Origin: Candidatus Hydrogenedentota bacterium
GTDB taxonomy: Bacteria > Hydrogenedentota > Hydrogenedentia > Hydrogenedentales > GCA-2746185
DNA length: 49,555 nt
NCBI GenBank assembly: GCA_046583315.1
Contig: JAYGCN010000296.1
Location: 1-49,555, forward strand
Reading direction: 5' to 3'
Notes under the pieces: generated by a model
Databases searched by the model: none
What the model was told of the DNA's origin: nothing
Seen by the model: the letters and a program-made list of their open reading frames with translations, nothing else
Shown here: positions 17,778-27,552 of the stretch, one piece after another
How the letters are laid out: each line of letters starts with the position of its first letter
Position numbering within the stretch: the stretch's first letter is position 1
Program-made: the position numbers and the translations under genes

Positions 17778-19256
17778 ATGTCCTCTCAGACCAGAAAAAC
17801 AGCGCGCCGCATCGCCATTATTGGCTCCGGCTTCTCCGGCTTGTGTGTGGGCATCAAACTCAAGCAGCGCGGTTACGAGCACTTCACCATCTTCGAGAAA
17901 GCCGATAGCCTCGGCGGCACGTGGCGCGACAACACCTATCCCGGAGCCGAATGCGATGTGGCTTCGGCGCTGTATTCCTTCTCTTTCGAGCGTAACCCGA
18001 ACTGGACCTACAAGTGGTCCGAGCAGCATGAGATCCTGAAGTATATGGAACATTGCGCTTCGAAGTATGGATTGACTCCGCACATTCGCTACAAGGAGAA
18101 TGTGCTCGACTTGCGATTTCAGGAAGACTCCGGCACTTGGCGATTGGAAACGGAGTCCGGCACGGTCGAAGAGTTCGATGCGGTCGTGAGCGGCGTGGGA
18201 CAATTGCACAAACCTTGGCGACCGGAGATCGAAGGGGCCGATTCTTTTGCTGGTGACCTGTTTCATTCGGCGCGCTGGAATCACGATGTCTCGTTGAAGG
18301 GTAAGAAGGTGTGTTGCATCGGGAACGCTGCGAGTGCCTTGCAATTCATTCCCGAGATCGCGAAAGAGACGGAAAAGCTCACCGTGTTTCAGCGCAGTGC
18401 CAACTGGGTCATCCCGAAAAAAGATCGCGAGTATTCGGATTTCGAAAAGAAACTCGTAACGCTTATTCCGCCACTACTGCTCTTCTATCGATTTTTCCTC
18501 TGGTTTCGTGGTGAAGTGGGCGTGTATCCGTTGATGTTTATGAAATCGGACAAGACGCGAGAGAAATTGGAACAGATGACGAAGGATTACATTAACGAAA
18601 AGATTCGCGATCCCGAGTTGCGTGAAAAGCTGGTGCCGGATTACCCAATGGGTGCCAAACGCATCCTCTTTTCCGATAATTATTACGAGGCACTGGATCG
18701 GGATGATGTGCATGTTGTGACCGATGCCATTGATCGCATCGTGGCGAAGGGTGTGGTGACAAAAGACGGTACGCTACACGAAGCCGATGTGATTGTGTAT
18801 GCGACCGGATTCGAAACGACGACCTTTCTTACGCCGATGCAAGTTCGGGGGCTGGGCGGCGAAGTGCTCAACGAGACCTGGGCCGCGAACGGCGCGGAAG
18901 CCTACTTGGGCATCACGCACACGGGCTTTCCAAACTTTTTCATGATGTACGGCCCGAACACGAACCTTGGACACAATTCGATCATTGTTATGATCGAGGC
19001 CCAGACGAGGTACCTGCTTTCCTGCTTGGATAGGCTCGATGCGCGGGATGCCCAGTCGCTTAACGTGAAGCGGAACGTGCAGCGAAGCTACAACACGTGG
19101 GTGCAGGATCGGTTGAAGGATTCTGTTTGGGCCAATGTGGACCAGTGTTGGTACAAAGATGAGAACGGCAAAATCACGAACAACTGGGTCGGACGCACGA
19201 CCGAGTATCGCAAGAAAACCAAATCAATGAATCCGGATGATTACGAATTCGCCTAG
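17778..19256 (+). CDS. Baeyer-Villiger monooxygenase (type I, class B flavoprotein)
   Basis: GSGFSG, GGTWRDNTYPGAECD, BVMO fingerprint FAGDLFHSARW, VYATGF, FPNFFMMYGPN. Confidence 0.92.
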   Translation: MSSQTRKTARRIAIIGSGFSGLCVGIKLKQRGYEHFTIFEKADSLGGTWRDNTYPGAECDVASALYSFSFERNPNWTYKWSEQHEILKYMEHCASKYGLTPHIRYKENVLDLRFQEDSGTWRLETESGTVEEFDAVVSGVGQLHKPWRPEIEGADSFAGDLFHSARWNHDVSLKGKKVCCIGNAASALQFIPEIAKETEKLTVFQRSANWVIPKKDREYSDFEKKLVTLIPPLLLFYRFFLWFRGEVGVYPLMFMKSDKTREKLEQMTKDYINEKIRDPELREKLVPDYPMGAKRILFSDNYYEALDRDDVHVVTDAIDRIVAKGVVTKDGTLHEADVIVYATGFETTTFLTPMQVRGLGGEVLNETWAANGAEAYLGITHTGFPNFFMMYGPNTNLGHNSIIVMIEAQTRYLLSCLDRLDARDAQSLNVKRNVQRSYNTWVQDRLKDSVWANVDQCWYKDENGKITNNWVGRTTEYRKKTKSMNPDDYEFA

Positions 19257-19280
19257 ACCGATGAATAAAGAGGACTGACC

Positions 19281-21398
19281 ATGACCCAATCAATTTTTCG
19301 AAGCCTGTTATTCACGATGTGCATCACCAGCGTGGTGGCTGCTACGGCCCAACAGAAACCCAACCTTGATGTCGATGGCGAACGCATTATCAATGCGGAC
19401 GAGGAGCCAGGTAACTGGTTATCCCATGGGCGCAGCTATGACGAGCAGCGTTTTTCGCCGCTCACACAGATCAATGACAAGAATGTCGGTGAACTCGGGT
19501 TGGCGTGGGCGGTATCCACGGAAGTTGGTCGCGGTCACGAGGCCTCACCCATCGTGGTCGACGGTGTCATGTACATCACGCTGCCCTGGAGCAAGGTGCT
19601 TGCGCTGAATGCTAAGACCGGTGAAGAGCTGTGGCGCTACGATCCGCAGGTGAATCCGACGAAAGCGCGTGACGCCTGTTGCGATGTTGTAAACCGAGGC
19701 GCGGCGATTTGGAAGGGTATGGTGTATGTCGGTGCGCTGGATGGACGGCTCATCGCGCTGGATGCGGAAACGGGCAAGGAACTATGGTCCACGCAGACGA
19801 CGGATCCGGATGGCGAGTACACGATTACCGGCGCGCCGCGCGTGGTGAAGGACAAAGTGATCATCGGAAATGGCGGCGCGGAATATGGCGTGCGCGGATA
19901 TTTTTCGGCCTACGATGCGTTTACTGGCGAGCAACTATGGCGTTTCTATACGGTGCCCGGTAATCCGGCGGATGGCTTCGAGCATCCCGAGATGGAAGTC
20001 GCCGCAAAAACCTGGACCGGCGAGTGGTGGAGCCAGGGTGGTGGCGGCACGGCCTGGGATTCGATGGCATACGACCCCGAACTGAATCTGCTCTACGTGG
20101 GCACGGGAAACGGCTCGCCCTGGAATCGCGCGTTGCGGAGTCCTGACGGCGGAGACAACCTGTACCTGTCAACCATCCTGGCCGTTAATCCAGACACGGG
20201 GCGACTGAAATGGCATTATCAGACCACGCCCGCGGACAATTGGGATTACACCGCCACTCAGCACATCATCCTGGCAGACCTGGAAATTGATGGACGCACG
20301 AAAAAGGTCTTGATGCAAGCACCCAAAAACGGATTCTTTTACGTGCTGGATCGGGAGAACGGTAATCTTATCTCCGCGAAAAATTATATTAAGACGACCT
20401 GGGCTTCTCACGTTGATCTGGAGTCCGGGCGTCCCGTTGAAACAATCGGTGATTACGCGCTTGAGCCGAAAGTCGTGTATCCCTCGCCGATCGGTGGCCA
20501 TAATTGGCAACCCATGTCGTACAATCCACAGACCAATCTCGTTTACTTTCCCACGATGTCGGAGGCGTTCCTTTTCGTGCCCCACGAGAGTTTCAAGTAC
20601 GTAGAGGGCTACTGGAACCTCGGTATCGATTTCGCCACCATGATCGCGATTGCAAAGACGATGCCTCCTCCGGTCGTTGGCGGATTCCTCACCGCGTGGA
20701 ATCCGGACACCCAAGAAGAGGTCTGGAGTGTGAAACATGCGGGACAATCGAACGGCGGCGTCCTCTCGACGGCCGGAAATCTTGTATTTCAAGGAACAGG
20801 CAACGGGCATATCATGGCCTTTCGCGCCGACACCGGCGAGAAACTGTGGGATCAGACGACCAACATCGGCACTGTGGCGCCACCGGTGACCTACACCGTT
20901 GATGGCGAACAATACATCGCGGTTCTCGCGGGTTGGGGAGGTGGTCCGGCCATATTCGGTGCCGATTCCATGACCGCCGCTACGGCCACACACATCAATC
21001 AACCGCACATGTTGGCATTTAAGATAGGCGGAAAGGCATCAATGCCGAAAATTGACGAACGTCGATTTATCCTCGTCCCCGAACCGCCAGCGGACGATGC
21101 AACGCCGGAAATTCTCACACGCGGGGAGTGGCTCTTTCATCAATCCTGCAACCTGTGCCACGGCGCGATGGCCGTTACCAGCGGCGTGATTGCCGACCTG
21201 CGTTATTCCTCGAAAGCGGTCCATGACAACTACGACAAGATTGTGCTCGACGGCGTGTTGTCTAATTTGGGAATGGCCAGCTTCGCCGATACCCTTAACA
21301 AGGAAGATGTAGCCGCGATTCACAGTTACATCATCAGTCGCGCCAAAGAAGATCGTGCGCTCATGCTCGAAGCGGCGAAGCAGCAGCAGGAGAATTAA
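19281..21398 (+). CDS. PQQ-dependent quinohemoprotein alcohol dehydrogenase (type II)
   Basis: Signal peptide, RFSPLTQI, ACCDVVNRG vicinal disulfide, GNGGAE, WDY, GGHNW, Trp-docking repeats, C-terminal CNLCHG heme c. Confidence 0.93.
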   Translation: MTQSIFRSLLFTMCITSVVAATAQQKPNLDVDGERIINADEEPGNWLSHGRSYDEQRFSPLTQINDKNVGELGLAWAVSTEVGRGHEASPIVVDGVMYITLPWSKVLALNAKTGEELWRYDPQVNPTKARDACCDVVNRGAAIWKGMVYVGALDGRLIALDAETGKELWSTQTTDPDGEYTITGAPRVVKDKVIIGNGGAEYGVRGYFSAYDAFTGEQLWRFYTVPGNPADGFEHPEMEVAAKTWTGEWWSQGGGGTAWDSMAYDPELNLLYVGTGNGSPWNRALRSPDGGDNLYLSTILAVNPDTGRLKWHYQTTPADNWDYTATQHIILADLEIDGRTKKVLMQAPKNGFFYVLDRENGNLISAKNYIKTTWASHVDLESGRPVETIGDYALEPKVVYPSPIGGHNWQPMSYNPQTNLVYFPTMSEAFLFVPHESFKYVEGYWNLGIDFATMIAIAKTMPPPVVGGFLTAWNPDTQEEVWSVKHAGQSNGGVLSTAGNLVFQGTGNGHIMAFRADTGEKLWDQTTNIGTVAPPVTYTVDGEQYIAVLAGWGGGPAIFGADSMTAATATHINQPHMLAFKIGGKASMPKIDERRFILVPEPPADDATPEILTRGEWLFHQSCNLCHGAMAVTSGVIADLRYSSKAVHDNYDKIVLDGVLSNLGMASFADTLNKEDVAAIHSYIISRAKEDRALMLEAAKQQQEN

Positions 21399-22348
21399 TC
21401 CCAGGGAAGTTTTGACAGATCGACGTTCCCGCCCGAAACAATAAGGCCCACGCGTTTACCAGCGAATCGTTCCGGATATCGGAACAGGGCCGCAACGGGC
21501 ACCGCTGCAGAAGGTTCGATCACGATCTTCATACGTTCCCACACAAATCGCATCGCGTCTACAATTTCATCATCGCTTACGGTTAAAATCGCTTCAACGT
21601 TGTTCCGAATAATCGAAAATGTCCGTTCACATAGCCCCGTCCGCAGTCCATCCGCGATGGTCGCTTCAGAGAGCACCGGTTGGATTGAACCTGTTTGCAG
21701 CGAACGGAACGCGTCGTCTGCGAGTTCGGGTTCTGCCCCATAGATGACAACGTCTGGATTCAGCCCCTTCGCAGCGATACACGTTCCACTCAGCAACCCG
21801 CCCCCGCCTACTGGCGCAATCACGATATCCAGATCAGGAATTTCTTCCATCAACTCGAGCGCGACGGTTCCCTGACCAGCGATAATTCGATAGTCATCAA
21901 AGGGCGGTATCACCTTGGCTCCCGTTTCCTGTTGCGCGCGCTCAACGCCGGTAATGCGATGCTCAAAACCCGGTTCCACTTCGATAATCGTGGCTCCGTA
22001 AGACGCCGCAGCATCACGTTTCACCACAGACACATTCGACGGCATGACAATGTACGCGGGAATGCCCCTAAGTTGCGCCGCGCGCGCAATGGCCCCGGCG
22101 TGATTGCCCGAAGAATGGGTCGCCACCCCCTTTGCCGCTTCCTCATCGCTCAACCCGAATACCGCGTTCGCCGCGCCGCGCATCTTGAAGGCACCGGCCT
22201 TTTGGAAGTTTTCACACTTGAAGAACACCCGGGCACCGGTCTTTCGGTCGATATTTTCAGACCTATGCACAGGCGTTTTCAAAATATACGGATCGATGCG
22301 CAAAGCCGCCTCGCGAATGGTATTCAGATCGGGCACGTTGTCTGTCAT
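21395..22348 (-). CDS. PLP-dependent serine racemase / threo-3-hydroxyaspartate ammonia-lyase-like enzyme (fold type II)
   Basis: KCENFQKAGAFKMRGA, THSSGNH, PVGGGGL, TIADGL, SGGN; no ACT domain; start MTDNVP with an AAGGAGG RBS. Confidence 0.85.
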   Translation of the reverse strand: MTDNVPDLNTIREAALRIDPYILKTPVHRSENIDRKTGARVFFKCENFQKAGAFKMRGAANAVFGLSDEEAAKGVATHSSGNHAGAIARAAQLRGIPAYIVMPSNVSVVKRDAAASYGATIIEVEPGFEHRITGVERAQQETGAKVIPPFDDYRIIAGQGTVALELMEEIPDLDIVIAPVGGGGLLSGTCIAAKGLNPDVVIYGAEPELADDAFRSLQTGSIQPVLSEATIADGLRTGLCERTFSIIRNNVEAILTVSDDEIVDAMRFVWERMKIVIEPSAAVPVAALFRYPERFAGKRVGLIVSGGNVDLSKLPWD

Positions 22349-22468
22349 GAGACCTCCTTTCCGAATTCTCGCAGAAGATCTCCCTGAAATCCAATTCATC
22401 TCCATATGTTTAATTCCCGTGCCGCGTATTGTAGAATCATTCTTTCCACCCAACGAGGAGAATTCATC

Positions 22469-23644
22469 ATGGCCGAATCAAAGGAATACGACATTATCGT
22501 TTATGGCGCCTCCGGATTTACCGGACGACTGGTCGCCGAATACATGGCGCAGCAATACCCCGATGGCAGCGGTGTACGCTGGGCGATGGCAGGCAGAAAT
22601 GCGGAAAAATTGGCCCAAGTGCGTGATAAAATCGGTGCGCCGGCGGACACCCCCCTCGTTACCGCTGATGCAGACGATCCCGCATCCATTGACGCGATGG
22701 TTGGCTCTGCAAAAGTGATCGCAACAACGGTCGGGCCCTATCAACTCTACGGCGAGCCACTAGTCGCTTCATGCGCGAAACTCGGCACGGACTATGTCGA
22801 CCTGTGTGGCGAGCCCGCATGGATGCGTAAAATGATAGACGCCTACGGTGACGCGGCCAAAAAATCCGATGCACGCATCGTATTTTCCTGCGGTTTCGAT
22901 TCGATTCCTTTCGATCTCGGCGTATATTTGCTGCAAGAAGAAGCAGAGAAAACACTTGGCGGGAAAGTATCCCGGGTACGGGGTCGTGTTCGCGCGATGG
23001 AAGGAACATTCTCCGGCGGTACGGCAGCCAGCCTGAAAGCAACCATGGCGTCGGCCATGAAAGACCCCGGTGTTCTGGAACTGTTGTGCAATCCTTTCGC
23101 ACTCACACCCGGATTCGAAGGTCCTGCGCAACCCGACGATTCGAAGCCAATGGTCGACGAATCCCTGGGCATGTGGGTGGCACCGTTCATCATGGCTGCC
23201 ATCAACACGCGCAACGTGCACCGCTCGAATTTCCTGATGGGCCACCCCTATGGTGAAGATTTTCAATACGACGAAATGATGGTTACCGGTCCCGGTGAAC
23301 AAGGCGAAGAAATCGCGAAGGTTGTCGCGAGTGCGAATCCGCTTGCAGGTCCTGATGCCCCCAAACCCGGCGAAGGCCCATCCAAGGAAGCCCGCGAAGC
23401 CGGCCACTACGACGTGCTGTTTATTGGTGAGGCCGCTGACGGGCGCACGGTAAAAGTGGGTGTGACCGGAGACATGGATCCGGGCTACGGATCGACTTCC
23501 AAAATGCTCACCGAAAGCGCGGTCTGTCTCATCACCGAAGCGGCAGACCATCCCGGCGGCATAACCACCACAGCACCTATTTTCGGAATGAACATCATCG
23601 AGCGTCTCCGCGCCAACGCGGGTATGACCTTCGAGGTGGAATAG
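22469..23644 (+). CDS. Saccharopine dehydrogenase-like NADP-binding oxidoreductase (trans-acting enoyl reductase family)
   Basis: YGASGFTG, AGRNAEKL, TVGPYQLYGEP, YVDLCGE, CGFDSIPFDLG, SGGT, DPGYGSTSKML; GAGGAG RBS before MAESKE. Confidence 0.88.
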   Translation: MAESKEYDIIVYGASGFTGRLVAEYMAQQYPDGSGVRWAMAGRNAEKLAQVRDKIGAPADTPLVTADADDPASIDAMVGSAKVIATTVGPYQLYGEPLVASCAKLGTDYVDLCGEPAWMRKMIDAYGDAAKKSDARIVFSCGFDSIPFDLGVYLLQEEAEKTLGGKVSRVRGRVRAMEGTFSGGTAASLKATMASAMKDPGVLELLCNPFALTPGFEGPAQPDDSKPMVDESLGMWVAPFIMAAINTRNVHRSNFLMGHPYGEDFQYDEMMVTGPGEQGEEIAKVVASANPLAGPDAPKPGEGPSKEAREAGHYDVLFIGEAADGRTVKVGVTGDMDPGYGSTSKMLTESAVCLITEAADHPGGITTTAPIFGMNIIERLRANAGMTFEVE

Positions 23645-23652
23645 TCAAGCCT

Positions 23653-24423
23653 ATGTCCGACGATCACGTAAAACGTATCCAGGAACAATTCGACCGCCAA
23701 GGCGAAGCCTACGCCAATTTGGCGAGCGTGCAGGAACAGAAAATTCTGTCCGCCATCGTGCGATTGAGTCGGGCCGGCGCCGATGACCGCGTACTCGATG
23801 TCGCCAGCGGTCCCGGATTCATCGCGATGGCTTTCGCGCCGCACTGTAAGGAGGTCGTGGGCGTCGACGTCACCGAGACCTTTTTAGCCTCCGCACGCGA
23901 TGAAGCGCATCGCCGAGACCTTGAGAACGTCACCTTCGAATTCGGTACAGTAGAGTCCTTGCCATTTGAGGATGCTGTGTTTGATGTCGCCGTATGCCGA
24001 TCGGCCTTTCATCATTTTCCAAACCCGGATACCGTCCTCAGCGAAATGACACGCGTTGTGAAACCCGGTGGACGCCTCTTGATTTTGGATATGGTCGCCT
24101 CCGAAGATGCGAAGAAAGCCGCGTATCATCACAAAATAGAGATGCTCTGCGATCCGACTCATGCGAAAGCCCTGAGTCCCTCCGAATTCACCACCCTGTT
24201 CGAAAAACACGACCTGACCATCGAGATGGAACGCGAAGGACAAGTCGAATATCCCATAGACGAATGGATCGGGCACGGAGGACCTTCCACCGAAGCAGCC
24301 GAAACGCTGCGATCACTCGTTACAGCCAGCGTAGACGAAGATTTGGCAGGCCTGCCCATTCGCAAAGAAGGCGACACGGTCATGATGGGTCACTACGCGA
24401 AGACCTACGTACTTCGAAGCTAG
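23653..24423 (+). CDS. Class I SAM-dependent methyltransferase (UbiE-like)
   Basis: VLDVASGPG, LPFEDAVFDV, AFHHF, RVVKPGG. Confidence 0.88.
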   Translation: MSDDHVKRIQEQFDRQGEAYANLASVQEQKILSAIVRLSRAGADDRVLDVASGPGFIAMAFAPHCKEVVGVDVTETFLASARDEAHRRDLENVTFEFGTVESLPFEDAVFDVAVCRSAFHHFPNPDTVLSEMTRVVKPGGRLLILDMVASEDAKKAAYHHKIEMLCDPTHAKALSPSEFTTLFEKHDLTIEMEREGQVEYPIDEWIGHGGPSTEAAETLRSLVTASVDEDLAGLPIRKEGDTVMMGHYAKTYVLRS

Positions 24424-24427
24424 ACGC

Positions 24428-25819
24428 CTAATCCGGCAGAATTTTTCCCGGATTCAGAATGCCCTTCGGGTCAAACAATTCTTTGACGTCGCGCATCAAC
24501 TGAACAGCGGACGCGCCGTGTTCGGATTCCATGTACTTCAGCTTGCCCAGGCCGATGCCGTGTTCACCTGTAGATGTACCGCCCAGCGACAGCGCAAATC
24601 GTTGCAGCTCGTGATTGGCTTTCATGACCGCATCGCGTTCCGTCGGTGCATTCGGGTCATAAAAATTTGTTGTGTGAATGTTTCCATCCCCGGCATGTCC
24701 AAAAATGATTGTATCGGTGCCGAATTCCTCCGACAACTCCCGCGCACGATGCACCAGTGTCGGAAACTGCGATACGGGAACACAAATATCGGACAGCAGC
24801 CAGGTCTTTCCGGGATGACTGCGCACCAGAAGTTCGAAAAAGCCGTGACGCATTTCCCAGAGTCGTTCCCGTTCATTGCGACCCACACCGCTGGAAAACG
24901 ACGTGCAATGATTGTCCGCGCAAATATCCTCTACCGTTTTCATCTTCTCAATCAACGGCGTCGTACTCGCGTCGGAAAACTCCATGATTAGCGTCGGGGT
25001 CTCGTCCCAGTCCAACGATTCCGCCCGATTGATGAGTTCGATGCAATAAGTGTCCAGAATCTCCATGGCATTGGGGTCAAGACCACTCGCGGCGATCTCG
25101 TAAACGGTTTGCGCCGCGTCTTCAACCGTCGGAAACGCTGCAATGGCCGCACTGTAATGTTCAGGTATGGGGTGCAGTCGTAGGGTCGCCTTCGTCACAA
25201 TGCCTAGCGTGCCTTCAGAACCGACAATCAAATGTGTCAGGTCGTATCCCGAGGATTGTTTGGTGGAGCGTGACCCGGTCTGAACGATTTCGCCATTCGC
25301 TAGTAGCACTTCCAGAGCCAGCACATTGTCCCGCGTCGCTCCGTATTTCACCGTGCGTATCCCTGCAGCGTTATTCGCGACCATGCCGCCGATACTCGCG
25401 TTGGCTCCTGGATCCGGTGCGAAAAAGAGTCCCTGCCGTCCCAATTCACGATTCATGTCTTTGTACAACACGCCCGGCTCGACGGTTACCTGAAAATCAT
25501 TCGCGTGAATCTCGAGAATCCGGTTCATCTCACGGAAATCCATGACGATGCCGCCGTGTGCCGGAATCGGATTGCCTTCTACGCTTGTTCCCGCACCCCA
25601 AGCCGTGAGGGGTATTCCCCCTGCGTTCGCAATGCGCACAACCGCCTGCACATCCTCCGTAGAATGCGGCCAAACGACGATATCGGGTAGGTGCCCAGCG
25701 TGGGAGGAGGCATCCTTCGAATGCTCCTTGCGATCACCTGAACCCACGGACACCTGCGCGTCGGTCAGCGCTCCAGTAAGCGCTGTCGCGATCCCGTCCG
25801 TATCAAATGAAGTAGCCAT
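24428..25819 (-). CDS. FAD-linked oxidase (GlcD / D-lactate dehydrogenase family)
   Basis: GAGTSVEG, DPGANASIGGM, SSGYDL..GSEGTLG, HAGDGNIH, GEHGIG, DPKGILNPGK. Confidence 0.9.
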   Translation of the reverse strand: MATSFDTDGIATALTGALTDAQVSVGSGDRKEHSKDASSHAGHLPDIVVWPHSTEDVQAVVRIANAGGIPLTAWGAGTSVEGNPIPAHGGIVMDFREMNRILEIHANDFQVTVEPGVLYKDMNRELGRQGLFFAPDPGANASIGGMVANNAAGIRTVKYGATRDNVLALEVLLANGEIVQTGSRSTKQSSGYDLTHLIVGSEGTLGIVTKATLRLHPIPEHYSAAIAAFPTVEDAAQTVYEIAASGLDPNAMEILDTYCIELINRAESLDWDETPTLIMEFSDASTTPLIEKMKTVEDICADNHCTSFSSGVGRNERERLWEMRHGFFELLVRSHPGKTWLLSDICVPVSQFPTLVHRARELSEEFGTDTIIFGHAGDGNIHTTNFYDPNAPTERDAVMKANHELQRFALSLGGTSTGEHGIGLGKLKYMESEHGASAVQLMRDVKELFDPKGILNPGKILPD

Positions 25820-25828
25820 AATCGGCGA

Positions 25829-27391
25829 TTAGGAAACGCCGCGTCCCTGACCTTCCCAGTATTTCTCGCGCAGTTCACGTTTGAGTACCTTACCACTCGC
25901 ATTACGCGGCAGTTCAGCAATGTAGTCCACCGATGTCGGGCATTTGAAGTGAGCGATGTTCGCGCGGCAATGCGCAATGAGGTCCTCTTCGGTCGCTTCC
26001 TGTTCCGCTTTCAAAACGACAATGGCCTTGATCGTTTCGCCCCATTTATCACTTGGGATACCGATGACCGCTGCGTCTGCAATGGCGGCATGCTGAAAGA
26101 GGCAATTCTCCACCTCACGCGGATACACGTTCTCGCCGCCCGAAATAATCATGTCCTTGACCCGGTCTTCTACATACAGAAATCCTTCTTCATCAATACG
26201 TCCCGCATCACCCGTATGCATCCAGCCGCCCTGCAGTGCCTTTTCCGTCGCTTCGTCCAGATTCCAATAGCCCCGCATAATCTGGGGACCGCGTCCGCAA
26301 ATTTCACCGATGGTATTCACAGCAACTTCGTTGTCGTCGTCATCCACAATTTTCAGCTGCGTACCCAACATGGCACGACCGGCAGACAACAAAAGATGGG
26401 GCTCACCATTGACCGCGCGTTCATGAGCGTCCGCAGGCAATACGGTTAGTACCGCCGTGGTCTCCGTCATGCCGTAGGCCTGGAAGAAGTCGCAGCCGAA
26501 GACGTTCATCGCTTGTTTCAGTGTTTCCTCTGATATTGGCGATGCACCGTATGCAATCGTTTTCAAATTGTCATAGCTACGTTCGGCCACATCCGGCACC
26601 ATCAGCAGGCAGGCCTGAATCATCGCCGGCACCAGTGTCGCATGCGCGATACCCTCTTCCGAAAGCGCGCGCACTGTTTCAACCGGATTAAAATCTTCAA
26701 GGATGTAACACGTGCCGCCCGTCGCGATGGTCACCATGAACGTGATTCCCCCTGCCGCGTGATAAAGCGGTGCGACGACTAGCGTCCTCTCACCCGAGGC
26801 GCGAGAAATCGACGCGTCGAACTGGTAGAGATGAGAGGCGATATTCGAATGCCGAATCACCGCACCTTTCGGATGCCCCGTCGTGCCGCTTGTGTACATC
26901 TGATACACGTCATCTTCCGGGAGCACTTCGACGCTGGGGCTGGACGTAGATTCCGACGCGATCCAGTCTGCGAAATGCGTGTAGCCGTCGATGGCATTGG
27001 CGGCCACGGAAACAAAAGTATCGATGTTGCCGAGATCACCGCGCACGGAATCGACTCCTTCGGCGAATTCTCCGCTCACGAGCAACAACTTTGCTTCTGC
27101 GTCGTTGATGATGTACGCCCACTCCGGAGCAGCGAGACGATAATTCAAGGGAACCGGCACGACGCCCGCCTTTGAACAGCCAAAGAAAATGACTGGGTAC
27201 TCCATCGAATTCTTGGAGAGATACGCGATACGATCCCCCTTCTTTAATCCCTGAGCGAGCAAGGCATTCGCGATTCGATTCGACTGCTCGTCCGCTTCAC
27301 GGTAGGACATCGTTTTGTCCTCGAAAATGGCAAAATCAGCATCCGGATTCAATTGTGTCCGAAATGCCAGAAAGTCGTGTAAACGCATCAT
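25829..27391 (-). CDS. Long-chain acyl-CoA ligase (AMP-binding family)
   Basis: YTSGTTGHPKG, YGMTE, WMHTGD, DRVKDMIISGGENVYPREVE, PRNASGK. Confidence 0.92.
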   Translation of the reverse strand: MMRLHDFLAFRTQLNPDADFAIFEDKTMSYREADEQSNRIANALLAQGLKKGDRIAYLSKNSMEYPVIFFGCSKAGVVPVPLNYRLAAPEWAYIINDAEAKLLLVSGEFAEGVDSVRGDLGNIDTFVSVAANAIDGYTHFADWIASESTSSPSVEVLPEDDVYQMYTSGTTGHPKGAVIRHSNIASHLYQFDASISRASGERTLVVAPLYHAAGGITFMVTIATGGTCYILEDFNPVETVRALSEEGIAHATLVPAMIQACLLMVPDVAERSYDNLKTIAYGASPISEETLKQAMNVFGCDFFQAYGMTETTAVLTVLPADAHERAVNGEPHLLLSAGRAMLGTQLKIVDDDDNEVAVNTIGEICGRGPQIMRGYWNLDEATEKALQGGWMHTGDAGRIDEEGFLYVEDRVKDMIISGGENVYPREVENCLFQHAAIADAAVIGIPSDKWGETIKAIVVLKAEQEATEEDLIAHCRANIAHFKCPTSVDYIAELPRNASGKVLKRELREKYWEGQGRGVS

Positions 27392-27552
27392 GATATAGTC
27401 GATCCTTCTCGGTTGTGTGAACGCACCCTTACAAAAACTACGCTCACTACGATACTAGTCGATCGGGGAACATTGCAAGTGCGATAGCGTTGCTTCTTCG
27501 CGTCGAAAACCCTATGCTGAAACAACTAAACACAGCACCAAAGGAGCGGGAC

